IMG/VR virus record: IMGVR_UViG_3300021400_000621
Location: 1-64,000 of that record
Reading direction: 5' to 3' (one strand)
From: a virus
Taxonomy: Duplodnaviria; Caudoviricetes
DNA length: 64,000 nt
This document shows, piece by piece, positions 18,469-27,679 of the stretch (positions are counted from its first letter, which is position 1; each line of letters starts with the position of its first letter). Below the pieces are notes generated by a model that was not told the DNA's origin, searched no databases, and was given only the letters and a program-made list of their open reading frames with translations. Both the position numbers and the translations under genes were made by a program.

Positions 18469-18497
18469 TTGAAATTTATCAAAATTTTTTATATAAT
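18469..18497 (+). promoter_or_regulatory. Sigma-A-type promoter
   Basis: TTGAAA-17 nt-TATAAT. Confidence 0.65.
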
Positions 18498-18507
18498 ATA
18501 CTTGAAG

Positions 18508-18690
18508 ATGAGAGATAAAAAAGAATTAAAAAAACTGGCTAAAAAAATTATTAAGCTAGAAAAAGAATGTCAACTTGGTCATAATACCGATATAAATATG
18601 AGTAAAATGCTGGCCCTTATGACTAACCTCTCATTCGAAGAGCTGATATATGTTGATAACTATATCCAAAGTAAAAATTTGACATTCTAA
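18508..18690 (+). CDS. Hypothetical protein
   Basis: The tracked TTG start overlaps the promoter; ATG at 18508 is more plausible. Confidence 0.45.
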   Translation: MRDKKELKKLAKKIIKLEKECQLGHNTDINMSKMLALMTNLSFEELIYVDNYIQSKNLTF

Positions 18691-18707
18691 AAAATTTATA
18701 ATATAAT
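18679..18707 (+). promoter_or_regulatory. Sigma-A-type promoter
   Basis: TTGACA-17 nt-TATAAT. Confidence 0.75.
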
Positions 18708-18746
18708 ATTAATATCAATTAAACATTTAAGGAGATTTAAAGAATT

Positions 18747-19016
18747 ATGGCACTTAAGGAAAATTCAAGAAAAGTATTTGATTATGTAAAGGCTCATGAT
18801 GGTGAGGATTTCACAGCTAAGGACATCGCTGCTGCTCTCGATCTTGCAGTTCAGTCTGTAAATGGTATTGTTACTTCTGCTTTCCAGAGAAAGGGTCTCA
18901 TGGAGAGAGTTCCTGCTGAAATCGAGAACACTGATGGCACTCACGATAAGGTTAAGCTGATTAAGCTGACAGATGCTGGTAAGGCATTTGATCCAGACGC
19001 TGAGCCTGCTGAATAA
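18747..19016 (+). CDS. Winged-helix DNA-binding protein, probably abundant
   Basis: FTAKDIAAALDLAVQSVNGIVTSAFQRKGLMER; strongly biased codon usage; own promoter and terminator. Confidence 0.65.
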   Translation: MALKENSRKVFDYVKAHDGEDFTAKDIAAALDLAVQSVNGIVTSAFQRKGLMERVPAEIENTDGTHDKVKLIKLTDAGKAFDPDAEPAE

Positions 19017-19039
19017 TTAGATAAGAATATGTCTAAATG

Positions 19040-19068
19040 ATGGGTTGGGTTGTTATGACCCAACCCAT
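19040..19068 (+). terminator. Intrinsic terminator
   Basis: ATGGGTTGGGT-7 nt-ACCCAACCCAT then TTTT. Confidence 0.85.
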
Positions 19069-19085
19069 TTTTACTAAGGAGAATT

Positions 19086-20072
19086 ATGAATATACAAGTA
19101 ATCATAGGCATTTTATTGTTTAGTTTACTTTGTTTAATCATTAGTTTTTTCTTATCTAAACACACAAAACAAATAAATAATGATGTTCAAGAAGAAAATG
19201 ATAGAATACAGCAACGTAATTTAGAATTAAATAGAATTAAAGATGGTATACAACGTGATTTAGATGATATTCAAAAGGAATTAAATAGAGTAACTGAAGC
19301 AGTAAAAGTAAAAGAAAAAGAAGTTGAATCTAGAGATAATATCATTAGAAATAAAACTAATGAAATAGCTAATTTATATAAAAAGGCTGAAGAAACTGCG
19401 GCGGTAGAGTCTCAAATACAGAAAAAGGCATTTGAAAACTACTGCGCTATTTTAGAGAAAGAATATGAAAAGCGTGATGCAGAGTTTGAACAACATATCA
19501 TGGGCCTCAATACCGAGATCAATAAGACGATCAAGGAACTAGATCAGATCACTGCAACACGCGCGGCCGCACGTCAAGCATTACAAAAAGAACAAGAAGT
19601 AAAGGATAATAAAGATAATTACCGTTTAATTGTAACTGATAATGACCTTGATGATATTCATAGGCTTGAGAGGGTGAAGAAAGAATTACATAAGCCAAGA
19701 ATACTTAGTATGCTAATTTGGCAAACTTATTGGCAACCTATTGCTAAGCGTAAATTCCCAGAAATACTTCATAATAAAACTGCAACTGGTATATATAAAA
19801 TCACAAATACAGAAACAGATGAATGTTATATTGGTCAAAGTTTAGATATTTATAAGCGTTGGAATGAACACTGTAAATGCGGTCTTGGTATAGATACTCC
19901 CCCAGGCAATAAATTATATAAAGCAATTCAAGAATATGGCTTAGAGAACTTTACTTTTGAACTTTTAGCTGAATGTAATTCACAAGAATTAAATGATAAA
20001 GAAAGATATTTTATAAAACTCTATGAATCTGATACTTATGGATATAATGGTAATATAGGAGTAACTAAATAA
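19086..20072 (+). CDS. TM/coiled-coil protein with C-terminal GIY-YIG nuclease domain
   Basis: N-terminal hydrophobic helix, about 150 aa coiled coil, GIYKITN...CYIGQS...RWNEH. Confidence 0.8.
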   Translation: MNIQVIIGILLFSLLCLIISFFLSKHTKQINNDVQEENDRIQQRNLELNRIKDGIQRDLDDIQKELNRVTEAVKVKEKEVESRDNIIRNKTNEIANLYKKAEETAAVESQIQKKAFENYCAILEKEYEKRDAEFEQHIMGLNTEINKTIKELDQITATRAAARQALQKEQEVKDNKDNYRLIVTDNDLDDIHRLERVKKELHKPRILSMLIWQTYWQPIAKRKFPEILHNKTATGIYKITNTETDECYIGQSLDIYKRWNEHCKCGLGIDTPPGNKLYKAIQEYGLENFTFELLAECNSQELNDKERYFIKLYESDTYGYNGNIGVTK

Positions 20073-20908
20073 TGAAATTTGAGAATACACAAGTTTTTAA
20101 CTTTGAGGGTGCATTCAGGGGTATGAGAAACCCTCTTGAATCTTGGGCTAAATCAGACAGTTTCTTTGGATTAATTAACCCAGATTATGATTTTCCAGAA
20201 TCAGATATTTCTGACTATTGGATCGAGCAAGAAAATCAACAAAGAATTAAACAAGGTAAAGAACCATGGAGCGCAGATGCAGAAAATTATAATGATTATT
20301 ATAATGTGTTAGAAAAATATGATTCATGGTTAATTAATAATAGTGTATTAAGGCAAGATAATTATCTTGTAGATGTTGCAATGTTAGGGCCAAATGATTT
20401 AGGCCTTGCGCAGCGTCTTATTGCGGCAGGACCAGAACATTGCAAATTTATGCGTCAAATCTTTGTTTGTGTAGATATTACCGCACCCCTGTTCTGGTAC
20501 AAGGAGTTTGATACTTACAAAGTGGGTACAACAGCAAATTCAACATCAACCATGCATAAACTCGCTTCTAATCCTATTGATATGTCTTGTTTTGAAACAG
20601 ATGATTATGATGGTAATTATGCTATACCAGAATATTTAGAAACATATGATACTTATCCAGGTCAATTTATTAATTACCTTGAAGATTTAAGAGTAAAATA
20701 TCTTGAAACAAAAGATAAAGGATATTGGAAAGAGCTTGTGCGGTGGTTGCCTGAGTCATGGTTACAGACTAGAACTGTAACACTATCCTATGCTAATTTA
20801 AGGAATATTTATTTCCAAAGAAAAGACCATAAATTAACTGAGTGGCATACTTTCTGTGATTGGGTAGAATCACTTCCTTGGGGTAAAGAATTAATAACTC
20901 TTTCTTGA
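20072..20908 (+). CDS. ThyX-like (thymidylate synthase complementing) protein, divergent
   Basis: H.KFMRQI.V..DITAP, WKELVRWLPESWLQ.RTV..SYANLRNIY.QRK.H.L.EW resembles the ThyX fold; RHR motif absent. Confidence 0.55.
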   Translation: MKFENTQVFNFEGAFRGMRNPLESWAKSDSFFGLINPDYDFPESDISDYWIEQENQQRIKQGKEPWSADAENYNDYYNVLEKYDSWLINNSVLRQDNYLVDVAMLGPNDLGLAQRLIAAGPEHCKFMRQIFVCVDITAPLFWYKEFDTYKVGTTANSTSTMHKLASNPIDMSCFETDDYDGNYAIPEYLETYDTYPGQFINYLEDLRVKYLETKDKGYWKELVRWLPESWLQTRTVTLSYANLRNIYFQRKDHKLTEWHTFCDWVESLPWGKELITLS

Positions 20909-20933
20909 AAAATAATAAAATATATGATATAAT
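20905..20933 (+). promoter_or_regulatory. Sigma-A-type promoter
   Basis: TTGAAA-17 nt-TATAAT with TG. Confidence 0.7.
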
Positions 20934-20985
20934 TATTATATAATAAAGGAATATGTTATTATAATTTACTAAGGAGAATTTACTA

Positions 20986-21330
20986 ATGAAGAAAGATGAA
21001 CTTTATGAACTGCTCAGAAAAGGACTTAAGACACTCGCGGACGTACCCGAGGAAGCTTACGAGGAACTAGATAAAATGTTTTCCACGGCACCTAAGCCCG
21101 CCATTACAGAAAAGGGTATGGTACTTCTCGAAGAAATGACCAAGGATAAGGATGCCATTTATACGGCTAAAACTCTTGGTGAAGCACTCAGTCTTAACTC
21201 CCGTTCAGTATCTGGTTCAATGAGAAAACTTGTTACTCTTGGACTGGTAGATAAGGTAGGTCAGAATCCAACTCAGTATAAACTTAATGATGATTTTGAA
21301 GAAAAGTATCTCACACTTAAAGATGCGTAG
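20986..21330 (+). CDS. Winged-helix DNA-binding protein
   Basis: YTAKTLGEALSLNSRSVSGSMRKLVTLGLVDK...YKL, similar to 18747..19016. Confidence 0.65.
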   Translation: MKKDELYELLRKGLKTLADVPEEAYEELDKMFSTAPKPAITEKGMVLLEEMTKDKDAIYTAKTLGEALSLNSRSVSGSMRKLVTLGLVDKVGQNPTQYKLNDDFEEKYLTLKDA

Positions 21331-21332
21331 GG

Positions 21333-21361
21333 TTGATTTTAGGAAAAATTTTTGTTATAAT
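21333..21361 (+). promoter_or_regulatory. Sigma-A-type promoter
   Basis: TTGATT-17 nt-TATAAT with TG. Confidence 0.7.
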
Positions 21362-21406
21362 ATATAGAGAAATGAAGTTTGAAACTGAATTTAAGGAGAT
21401 AAGTTA

Positions 21407-22348
21407 ATGAGAAATAATACTAATACACAGACTATAGAAGGAAGAATTTATCAGCATAATCTACAGGTTAGAAAAGTTGAAAATCAGGCTTCAGAAAACT
21501 ATGGTAAAGAGTTCATCAATGGTACAATTGATGTAGCAACTGATGATGCGGGTATGAACATTCTTCAGGTTCACTACTCATATGTCACAGAAATCACAAA
21601 GTCTGGTAAGACAAATGGTTCTTACACAGCACTAAAGAGAATTATCGACAGCGGAAAGACAATTCTGACAGATGGCATGGATAATGCGACAATGGTTCGT
21701 CTGACTCCAAGTGCAGCACTGAATGATTTCTATCCACAGGGTCAGGATCAGCTTGTTTCTTCACCAAGAAATGAGGGTGGTTTTGTAACAATCGTTAATT
21801 CACTTCACCCAGAAAATGAAAGAAGTAAGTTTACATTTGATGCACTTATTACAAATGTTAAGCATGTAGATGCAAACCCAGAGAAGAATATCGCAGAAGA
21901 TTATACAGAAATTAGATGTGCAATCTTTAATTTCAGAAATGATATTCTCCCATTTACACTGGTTGCAAGAAATCCAGGAGCAATGAAGTATTTCGAAGGA
22001 CTTGATGCAACTGGTGCAAACCCAATATATACAAAGGTATGGGGTAAGATTGTTAGCAAGACAATCTCAATCGAGAGACATACAGAATCTGCGTTCGGTG
22101 AAGATGCTGTAGACACAGTAGAACGTAGAGTTCGTGAGTGGGTTATTACAGGAGCAGCTAAGGAACCATATGAGTTCGGTGCTGAAGAAGTAATGACAGC
22201 TGAGGATGTTAAGAAGGCACTTGCTAACAGAGAAGTTATGCTTGCAGAAGTTAAGAAGAGAAGCGACGAGTATTATGCAAGTCGCAATGGCGGTTCTGCC
22301 GCAGTACCTTCAGCTAACGCAGTTCCACAGGGTGGATTTAATTTCTAA
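21407..22348 (+). CDS. Single-stranded DNA-binding protein (tandem OB, phage type)
   Basis: Two OB-like halves, C-terminal GFNF tail, position before Sak4-like ATPase. Confidence 0.6.
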   Translation: MRNNTNTQTIEGRIYQHNLQVRKVENQASENYGKEFINGTIDVATDDAGMNILQVHYSYVTEITKSGKTNGSYTALKRIIDSGKTILTDGMDNATMVRLTPSAALNDFYPQGQDQLVSSPRNEGGFVTIVNSLHPENERSKFTFDALITNVKHVDANPEKNIAEDYTEIRCAIFNFRNDILPFTLVARNPGAMKYFEGLDATGANPIYTKVWGKIVSKTISIERHTESAFGEDAVDTVERRVREWVITGAAKEPYEFGAEEVMTAEDVKKALANREVMLAEVKKRSDEYYASRNGGSAAVPSANAVPQGGFNF

Positions 22349-22365
22349 TTAAACTGAGGAATAGG

Positions 22366-22392
22366 ATAAGAGGGGTCATAAGCCCCTCTTAT
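22366..22392 (+). terminator. Intrinsic terminator-like hairpin
   Basis: ATAAGAGGGG-7 nt-CCCCTCTTAT. Confidence 0.7.
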
Positions 22393-22412
22393 AGTTGAAA
22401 GGAGCAATTTAT

Positions 22413-23444
22413 ATGGCAGACATTAATCTTCTTAATATCCAGCCGCATCAAGTTAGTAGAGATATGCGTGGATATTCGGTTTTCTTTTATGGAGAACCAA
22501 AGAGTGGTAAGACTACTACCGCAGTAAAATTTCCAAAACACTTACTTCTGGCTTTTGAAAAAGGTTATAACGCTATTCCAGGTGCTATGGCTCAGCCAAT
22601 CAATAGTTGGTCAGAGTTTAAGAAAGTACTTCGTCAGCTTAAAGATCCAGAAGTACATAAGCAGTTTGAAACAATCATCATAGATACCGCTGATGTAGCA
22701 TATGATTATTGTGTAAAGTATGTATGTGATAATGCACCTCGCGCAGATGGTGGTTTTGGAGTAGATAGCGTAAGTGATATTCCTTATGGTAAGGGATATG
22801 GTATGGTATCAAAGGAATTTGATGACAATCTTCGTTCTATTGTTCAGATGGATTATGGTCTTGTTATGATTTCACACTCAATTGATAAGACTTTTACAGA
22901 TGAACAGGGCAAGGAGTTCAATAGAATTGTACCCACCCTTGATAGAAGAGCCAAGAATATCGTATCCAGAATGGTAGATATTTATGGTTATGCAAGAGGG
23001 GTTACAGAAGCTGATGGAACTAATGTAACAAAGCTCTTCCTCCGTGGAACTTCAAGATTTGAAGCTGGTTCAAGATTTAAGTATACTCCAGATTATATAG
23101 ATTTTAGCTATCAGAATTTAGTAGAAGCTGTTAGTGAAGCTATTGATAAACAGATGGCTGAAGATGGTAAAGAATACTTTACTGATAAAAAGCAGAATCT
23201 ATATATAGATACTTCTAAAGAACTTGATTTTGATGAACTGATGAATGAATTTAATGACATTATTCAAGGTATCATCGGAACAGCCTCAGACGAAGAAATG
23301 CAAACTTATTGGCAGCCAAGAATTACCAGTATTACTGATAAACATCTTGGTAGAGGTCATAAGGTTGGTAATATGTCAAGAGAACAAACTGAAGCTCTTT
23401 CATTAATTGTAGAAGATATGAAAGACCTTGTAAAAAGCAAATAA
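22413..23444 (+). CDS. AAA_24/Sak4-like recombination ATPase
   Basis: YGEPKSGKTT, LLLAFEKG, IIIDT, ISH motifs; ATG after AAAGGAG RBS. Confidence 0.8.
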   Translation: MADINLLNIQPHQVSRDMRGYSVFFYGEPKSGKTTTAVKFPKHLLLAFEKGYNAIPGAMAQPINSWSEFKKVLRQLKDPEVHKQFETIIIDTADVAYDYCVKYVCDNAPRADGGFGVDSVSDIPYGKGYGMVSKEFDDNLRSIVQMDYGLVMISHSIDKTFTDEQGKEFNRIVPTLDRRAKNIVSRMVDIYGYARGVTEADGTNVTKLFLRGTSRFEAGSRFKYTPDYIDFSYQNLVEAVSEAIDKQMAEDGKEYFTDKKQNLYIDTSKELDFDELMNEFNDIIQGIIGTASDEEMQTYWQPRITSITDKHLGRGHKVGNMSREQTEALSLIVEDMKDLVKSK

Positions 23445-23449
23445 CAATT

Positions 23450-23499
23450 AAGCAGGTGTAAATCACCTGCTTGATTTTTTTATAAAAATATGCTAAAAT
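23450..23499 (+). promoter_or_regulatory. Terminator hairpin fused to promoter
   Basis: AAGCAGGTG-5 nt-CACCTGCTT; TTGATT(23471)-17 nt-TAAAAT with TG. Confidence 0.7.
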
Positions 23500-23521
23500 A
23501 TTATTAGAAAGGTAATAATAT

Positions 23522-24052
23522 ATGGCAAAAGCAATGGTAAAGTGTCCTTATTGCGGCAAGTCCTTCGATCGACTGGATCCGATGATAAAATTTATCAAAG
23601 TTGGTCGTAGATATGCTCATGTTAAGTGTTATAATGAACATGAAGCAACAATGACTCAAGAAGAAAAGGATTTGAGGGATTTATATGCTTATATTAAGGA
23701 CTTATTAGGTGTTGAATATAATTTTAAAAAAGTAGAGCATCAGATTAAAGAGTATAAAAAGTATAAGGATGGTAATGATATTCCTTATACTTATTCTGGT
23801 ATGCTCGCTTCTTTGCGTTGGTTTTATGAAATAAAGGGTAATAGCAAAGAAGCAGCGAATGGTGGTATAGGAATTATACCGTATATTTATAATGATGCAA
23901 AAAAGTATTATTATAATCTATATTTAGCACAACAAAAAAATAAACAAGTTAAGAATTATATTGCGGCGGTAGAGGAAATCACCATCCCGCCGCCAGAAAT
24001 GTTACAATCAAAACCAAAATTATGGTTTGATGATGAGGAGGACGATGAATGA
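23522..24052 (+). CDS. Zinc-finger replication-associated protein (possible helicase loader/initiator)
   Basis: CPYC...H..C; GIGIIPYIY motif; directly upstream of DnaB. Confidence 0.5.
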   Translation: MAKAMVKCPYCGKSFDRLDPMIKFIKVGRRYAHVKCYNEHEATMTQEEKDLRDLYAYIKDLLGVEYNFKKVEHQIKEYKKYKDGNDIPYTYSGMLASLRWFYEIKGNSKEAANGGIGIIPYIYNDAKKYYYNLYLAQQKNKQVKNYIAAVEEITIPPPEMLQSKPKLWFDDEEDDE

Positions 24053-25578
24053 GTAGATATACAGATATACCAGCTACAATGCAAGTAATTGGAGCAATAT
24101 ATCAGAATCCTTCTCTGTTGGATAATGAAAAATATAGCTTTAATCAAGAAGATTTTACAGAAGAATTTCACCAAGTATTATTTGGTTCTATTTATAATCT
24201 GCACGCACTTGGCGCAGTAACAATAGATGAAACAACTATTGAAACATATCTTGAACAAAGACCAAAAAAGTTAGCAATTTATAAGACTAACAATGGTAAT
24301 GAATATCTTAAAAAATTAAAAGAAACAACCCAACCCGCCGCTTTTAATTATTATTATAATAGAGTTAAGAAAATGACTCTGTTCAGAATGTACAAAGAAC
24401 AAGCGGGAATGGATTTATCTTGGTTATATGATATTGATAATATCTTTGACCAGAAAAAGAAACAAGAACAAGAAGATTGGTTAGATAATACATCAATTGA
24501 TAAAATTGCAAATATTATTGATGGTAGAATCGAACAAATTAAAGCTAAGTATGTTGACAATGCAGATACTAGTTTTTCACAAGCTGGAGATGGTGCTGAT
24601 GAACTGATTGATAGATTAATGACCATTCCAGAAATCGGTTATCCTCTTTATGGTGATTTAGCAAATGCAATCACAAGAGGAGCGAGACTAGGTAAGTTGT
24701 ATCTTAGGTCTGCCGCAACCGGTGTAGGAAAAACAAGAGCAATGATAGCTGATGCTTGTACTATTGCTTGTGGAGAATTATATAATAAAGAAAAACAAGA
24801 ATGGGTTTCTAATGGAACAAAAGAGTCTGTAGTATATGTTACAACAGAACAACAGACAGATGAAATTCAGACAATGATGTTAGCTTTTGTATCTGATGTA
24901 GATGAAGACCATATTTTATATAATAAATACCAAGATGGAGAACTTGAAAGAGTTAGGAGGGCGGCGGCGGTGCTGTCGAATTCCAATCTCCAGATAAAAA
25001 GACTCCCTGACTTTGGACTTCAGGATATTGAGAATGTAATCAATTTTAGTGTAAGAGAATATGGTACAAAATATTTCTTCCACGATTATATTCACTCAAG
25101 TATGAAAATTCTGTCTGAAGTATCTGGTAAAAGTAGAGTTGAAGGATTAAAAGAATATAATATTTTGTTTATGATTGCTGTTAGATTAAAAGATTTAGCA
25201 GTTGAGCATGGAATATTTATTGAAACTTCAACTCAGTTAAATATGGAATATAGAACTGCGCAGGTATATGACCAGAATCTGCTTCGTGGTGCAAAGAGCA
25301 TTGCAGATAAGATTGACTTGGGTGAGATTATGCTTGATGCAAGCACAGAAGATATTGAAGCGATGAAACCACTTCTTAGTCAGAATGGTTTTCCAACACC
25401 AGATACAAAAATATCTGTTTATAAAAATAGAAGAGGTAGATATAAAGATGTACTTATGTGGTGTGTATCAAATAAGGCAACTTGTAAGATTACCCCAGTA
25501 TTTATAACAGATTATCAATATGGATTATTAGATATTCAACCTTTGAAGATTAATATTAGAGAGGAGTCTGCGTTTTGA
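24049..25578 (+). CDS. dnaB: Replicative DnaB-like helicase
   Basis: RSAATGVGKT Walker A, FFHDYI, TSTQLN, KNRRG arginine finger. Confidence 0.88.
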   Translation: MSRYTDIPATMQVIGAIYQNPSLLDNEKYSFNQEDFTEEFHQVLFGSIYNLHALGAVTIDETTIETYLEQRPKKLAIYKTNNGNEYLKKLKETTQPAAFNYYYNRVKKMTLFRMYKEQAGMDLSWLYDIDNIFDQKKKQEQEDWLDNTSIDKIANIIDGRIEQIKAKYVDNADTSFSQAGDGADELIDRLMTIPEIGYPLYGDLANAITRGARLGKLYLRSAATGVGKTRAMIADACTIACGELYNKEKQEWVSNGTKESVVYVTTEQQTDEIQTMMLAFVSDVDEDHILYNKYQDGELERVRRAAAVLSNSNLQIKRLPDFGLQDIENVINFSVREYGTKYFFHDYIHSSMKILSEVSGKSRVEGLKEYNILFMIAVRLKDLAVEHGIFIETSTQLNMEYRTAQVYDQNLLRGAKSIADKIDLGEIMLDASTEDIEAMKPLLSQNGFPTPDTKISVYKNRRGRYKDVLMWCVSNKATCKITPVFITDYQYGLLDIQPLKINIREESAF

Positions 25579-25748
25579 GTTGTGATTATTATCAAATCTA
25601 TGTAGATGATGTATGTATAGCTAAATATGTAACTTTAGAGTATGCTGTAATTTTTACTAAAGCTATTTTTAATGAGTTCTATAATGAAATAGATTTAAAA
25701 GTAACAGTACAAAAAATGAATTTTAATACAGAGGCATGTAATGGCTAA
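25575..25748 (+). CDS. Small hypothetical protein (57 aa, TTG start, not in track)
   Basis: GAGGAG RBS; MSCDYYQIYVDDVCIAKYVTLEYAVIFTKAIFNEFYNE... Confidence 0.5.
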   Translation: MSCDYYQIYVDDVCIAKYVTLEYAVIFTKAIFNEFYNEIDLKVTVQKMNFNTEACNG

Positions 25749-25923
25749 TGAATATGTATGTAGTAAATGTAAAAAGTCTGGTTCTAAAAAGAGTATTCCA
25801 TACAAAATCATTTATGATACAGATGGTATGAGTGTAAAATTTGTAGGCCAGCTTTGCGAAGATTGTTATAAGAAGATATTTAATCAAAATGAGCAGAAAG
25901 AAAAAACAGAAACAACCAAATAG
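25741..25923 (+). CDS. Small zinc-finger protein
   Basis: CSKC...LCEDC. Confidence 0.55.
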   Translation: MANEYVCSKCKKSGSKKSIPYKIIYDTDGMSVKFVGQLCEDCYKKIFNQNEQKEKTETTK

Positions 25924-26107
25924 ACCGAGAGCGCATGTATCAAGACAATCTGTAAGAAGAATGGAATGGTTTATAGATGACGCTCCCGTAGTAGGCAAGA
26001 AATGTAAAATTTGTGATGAAACATTTTATTATAACTTAGATACAGAAATTTTTTGTCCAACCTGTAAAAAGACATTAAAGAAACTAATTATTCAGAACAT
26101 AGAATGA
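25889..26107 (+). CDS. Small zinc-finger protein
   Basis: CKIC...FCPTC. Confidence 0.55.
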   Translation: MSRKKKQKQPNRPRAHVSRQSVRRMEWFIDDAPVVGKKCKICDETFYYNLDTEIFCPTCKKTLKKLIIQNIE

Positions 26108-27186
26108 AGTTTAATAAAGACGAAATCAAAAATTCATTATCAATAGAGCAAATAGAAGATATTGTGGCAGAGTTAGGCGGCGAGCCTAGATCTATGGGTT
26201 CGTTTCTGACCTGCCGCACTATTTGTCATGGTGGCGATTCTCATAAACTGTATTATTATGATAACACAAAGCTGTTTAAGTGTTTTACAGAGTGTGATGA
26301 AACTTTTGACATCTTTGAACTGATTCTCAAAATTAAAAAGCGTGAGGGTGAGAACTGGACTTTATATAATGCTATGATTTATGTTATAAATTTCTTCTCT
26401 CTTGATTTTGAAGGAGATTTTTACAACGAGGCTCAGTCTTCACCAGATTGGCAGATTTTTAGCAAATGGGCCAAATCACAGTTTACTGATGATAAACAAA
26501 AAATCATCGACCTCAAAATTTATGATGATAAAATTTTGAATAATTTACCTCAGCCGCGGATAATGAACTGGGAGCGTGAAGGAATTACACGCGAAGTATG
26601 TCTTGCGAGAAATATCCATTATGACCCAAAGAACTATGGAATTGTTATACCTCACTATGATATAGACAATAGACTAGTTGGAATTAGAGAACGAACTGTT
26701 GTTAAAGAAGATGAAGTATATGGTAAGTATAAACCAGCAATTTTGAATGGAAAAATGTATAATCACCCTCTCGGTTATAATTTATATAATTTAAATTATT
26801 CAAAAGAAGCAATTAGAAACATTCAAAAGGCTATTGTATTTGAAGGTGAGAAATCAAGTTTGTTATTTGCAAGTTATTTTGGGGTTAATAATGATATATC
26901 TGTTGCTTGTTGCGGCAGTAGTTTAATTTCATACCAAGTTGAATTGCTCCTTTCACTCGGTGTTCAGGAGATTATCATAGGCTTCGATAAACAGTATAAA
27001 GAAATTGGTGATAAAGAGTGGAAAGCTTGGACTAAAAAGTTGTATAAAATCCATGATAAATATGGAAAATATGTACAAATAAGTTATTTATTCGATAAAG
27101 GTGATTTATTAGGATATAAAGATTCGCCAGTTGATAAAGGACAAGATATATTTCTGGAATTATTTAAGAATAGGATAATAATATGA
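26104..27186 (+). CDS. DNA primase (CHC2 zinc finger + TOPRIM)
   Basis: TICH...CFTEC zinc finger; FEGEKS, FDK, KD motifs. Confidence 0.85.
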   Translation: MKFNKDEIKNSLSIEQIEDIVAELGGEPRSMGSFLTCRTICHGGDSHKLYYYDNTKLFKCFTECDETFDIFELILKIKKREGENWTLYNAMIYVINFFSLDFEGDFYNEAQSSPDWQIFSKWAKSQFTDDKQKIIDLKIYDDKILNNLPQPRIMNWEREGITREVCLARNIHYDPKNYGIVIPHYDIDNRLVGIRERTVVKEDEVYGKYKPAILNGKMYNHPLGYNLYNLNYSKEAIRNIQKAIVFEGEKSSLLFASYFGVNNDISVACCGSSLISYQVELLLSLGVQEIIIGFDKQYKEIGDKEWKAWTKKLYKIHDKYGKYVQISYLFDKGDLLGYKDSPVDKGQDIFLELFKNRIII

Positions 27187-27602
27187 GAGAATTAGATAAA
27201 TTAGCAAAATATTTACATGAAATAAAAATGCCTTTTATGTTTTATGAATGTAATAAAACTTTTGATGAAGAAGATTTTATCTTTACATTAGACCGTCATC
27301 AAATTTGTGTTCCAGACCAAGATACCCCTGTTTGGGACGTAATTTGTCAATATGGTTCATATGGATATGAAGAAGGACTTCTTGAAGCATATGGTGCTAT
27401 TGTTGATGAAGAAGAAGATGGTAATACTGTAGTAGGATATTTAACTGCTGAAGATGTAATTGCAAGAATGAAGAAATATCATTTAGATGATGCTCGTTCT
27501 ATGATTCATAAGATGGAAGAAGAGTATCCTTCTAAAGCAACAAAAATGCTTCGAGCATACGATAAGAAATATCCTATGAATGTAGATTGCGGATGGAAGT
27601 AG
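27183..27602 (+). CDS. Hypothetical phage protein
   Basis: WDVICQYGSYGYEEGLLE motif; coupled to primase. Confidence 0.6.
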   Translation: MRELDKLAKYLHEIKMPFMFYECNKTFDEEDFIFTLDRHQICVPDQDTPVWDVICQYGSYGYEEGLLEAYGAIVDEEEDGNTVVGYLTAEDVIARMKKYHLDDARSMIHKMEEEYPSKATKMLRAYDKKYPMNVDCGWK

Positions 27603-27609
27603 CGCCATC

Positions 27610-27638
27610 TTGACAAGCTCAAAAATTTGTGATATAAT
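27610..27638 (+). promoter_or_regulatory. Sigma-A-type promoter
   Basis: TTGACA-17 nt-TATAAT with TG. Confidence 0.85.
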
Positions 27639-27679
27639 AATATATATGCGAAATTGATAAAAGAAATAGAGGTTAGAAT

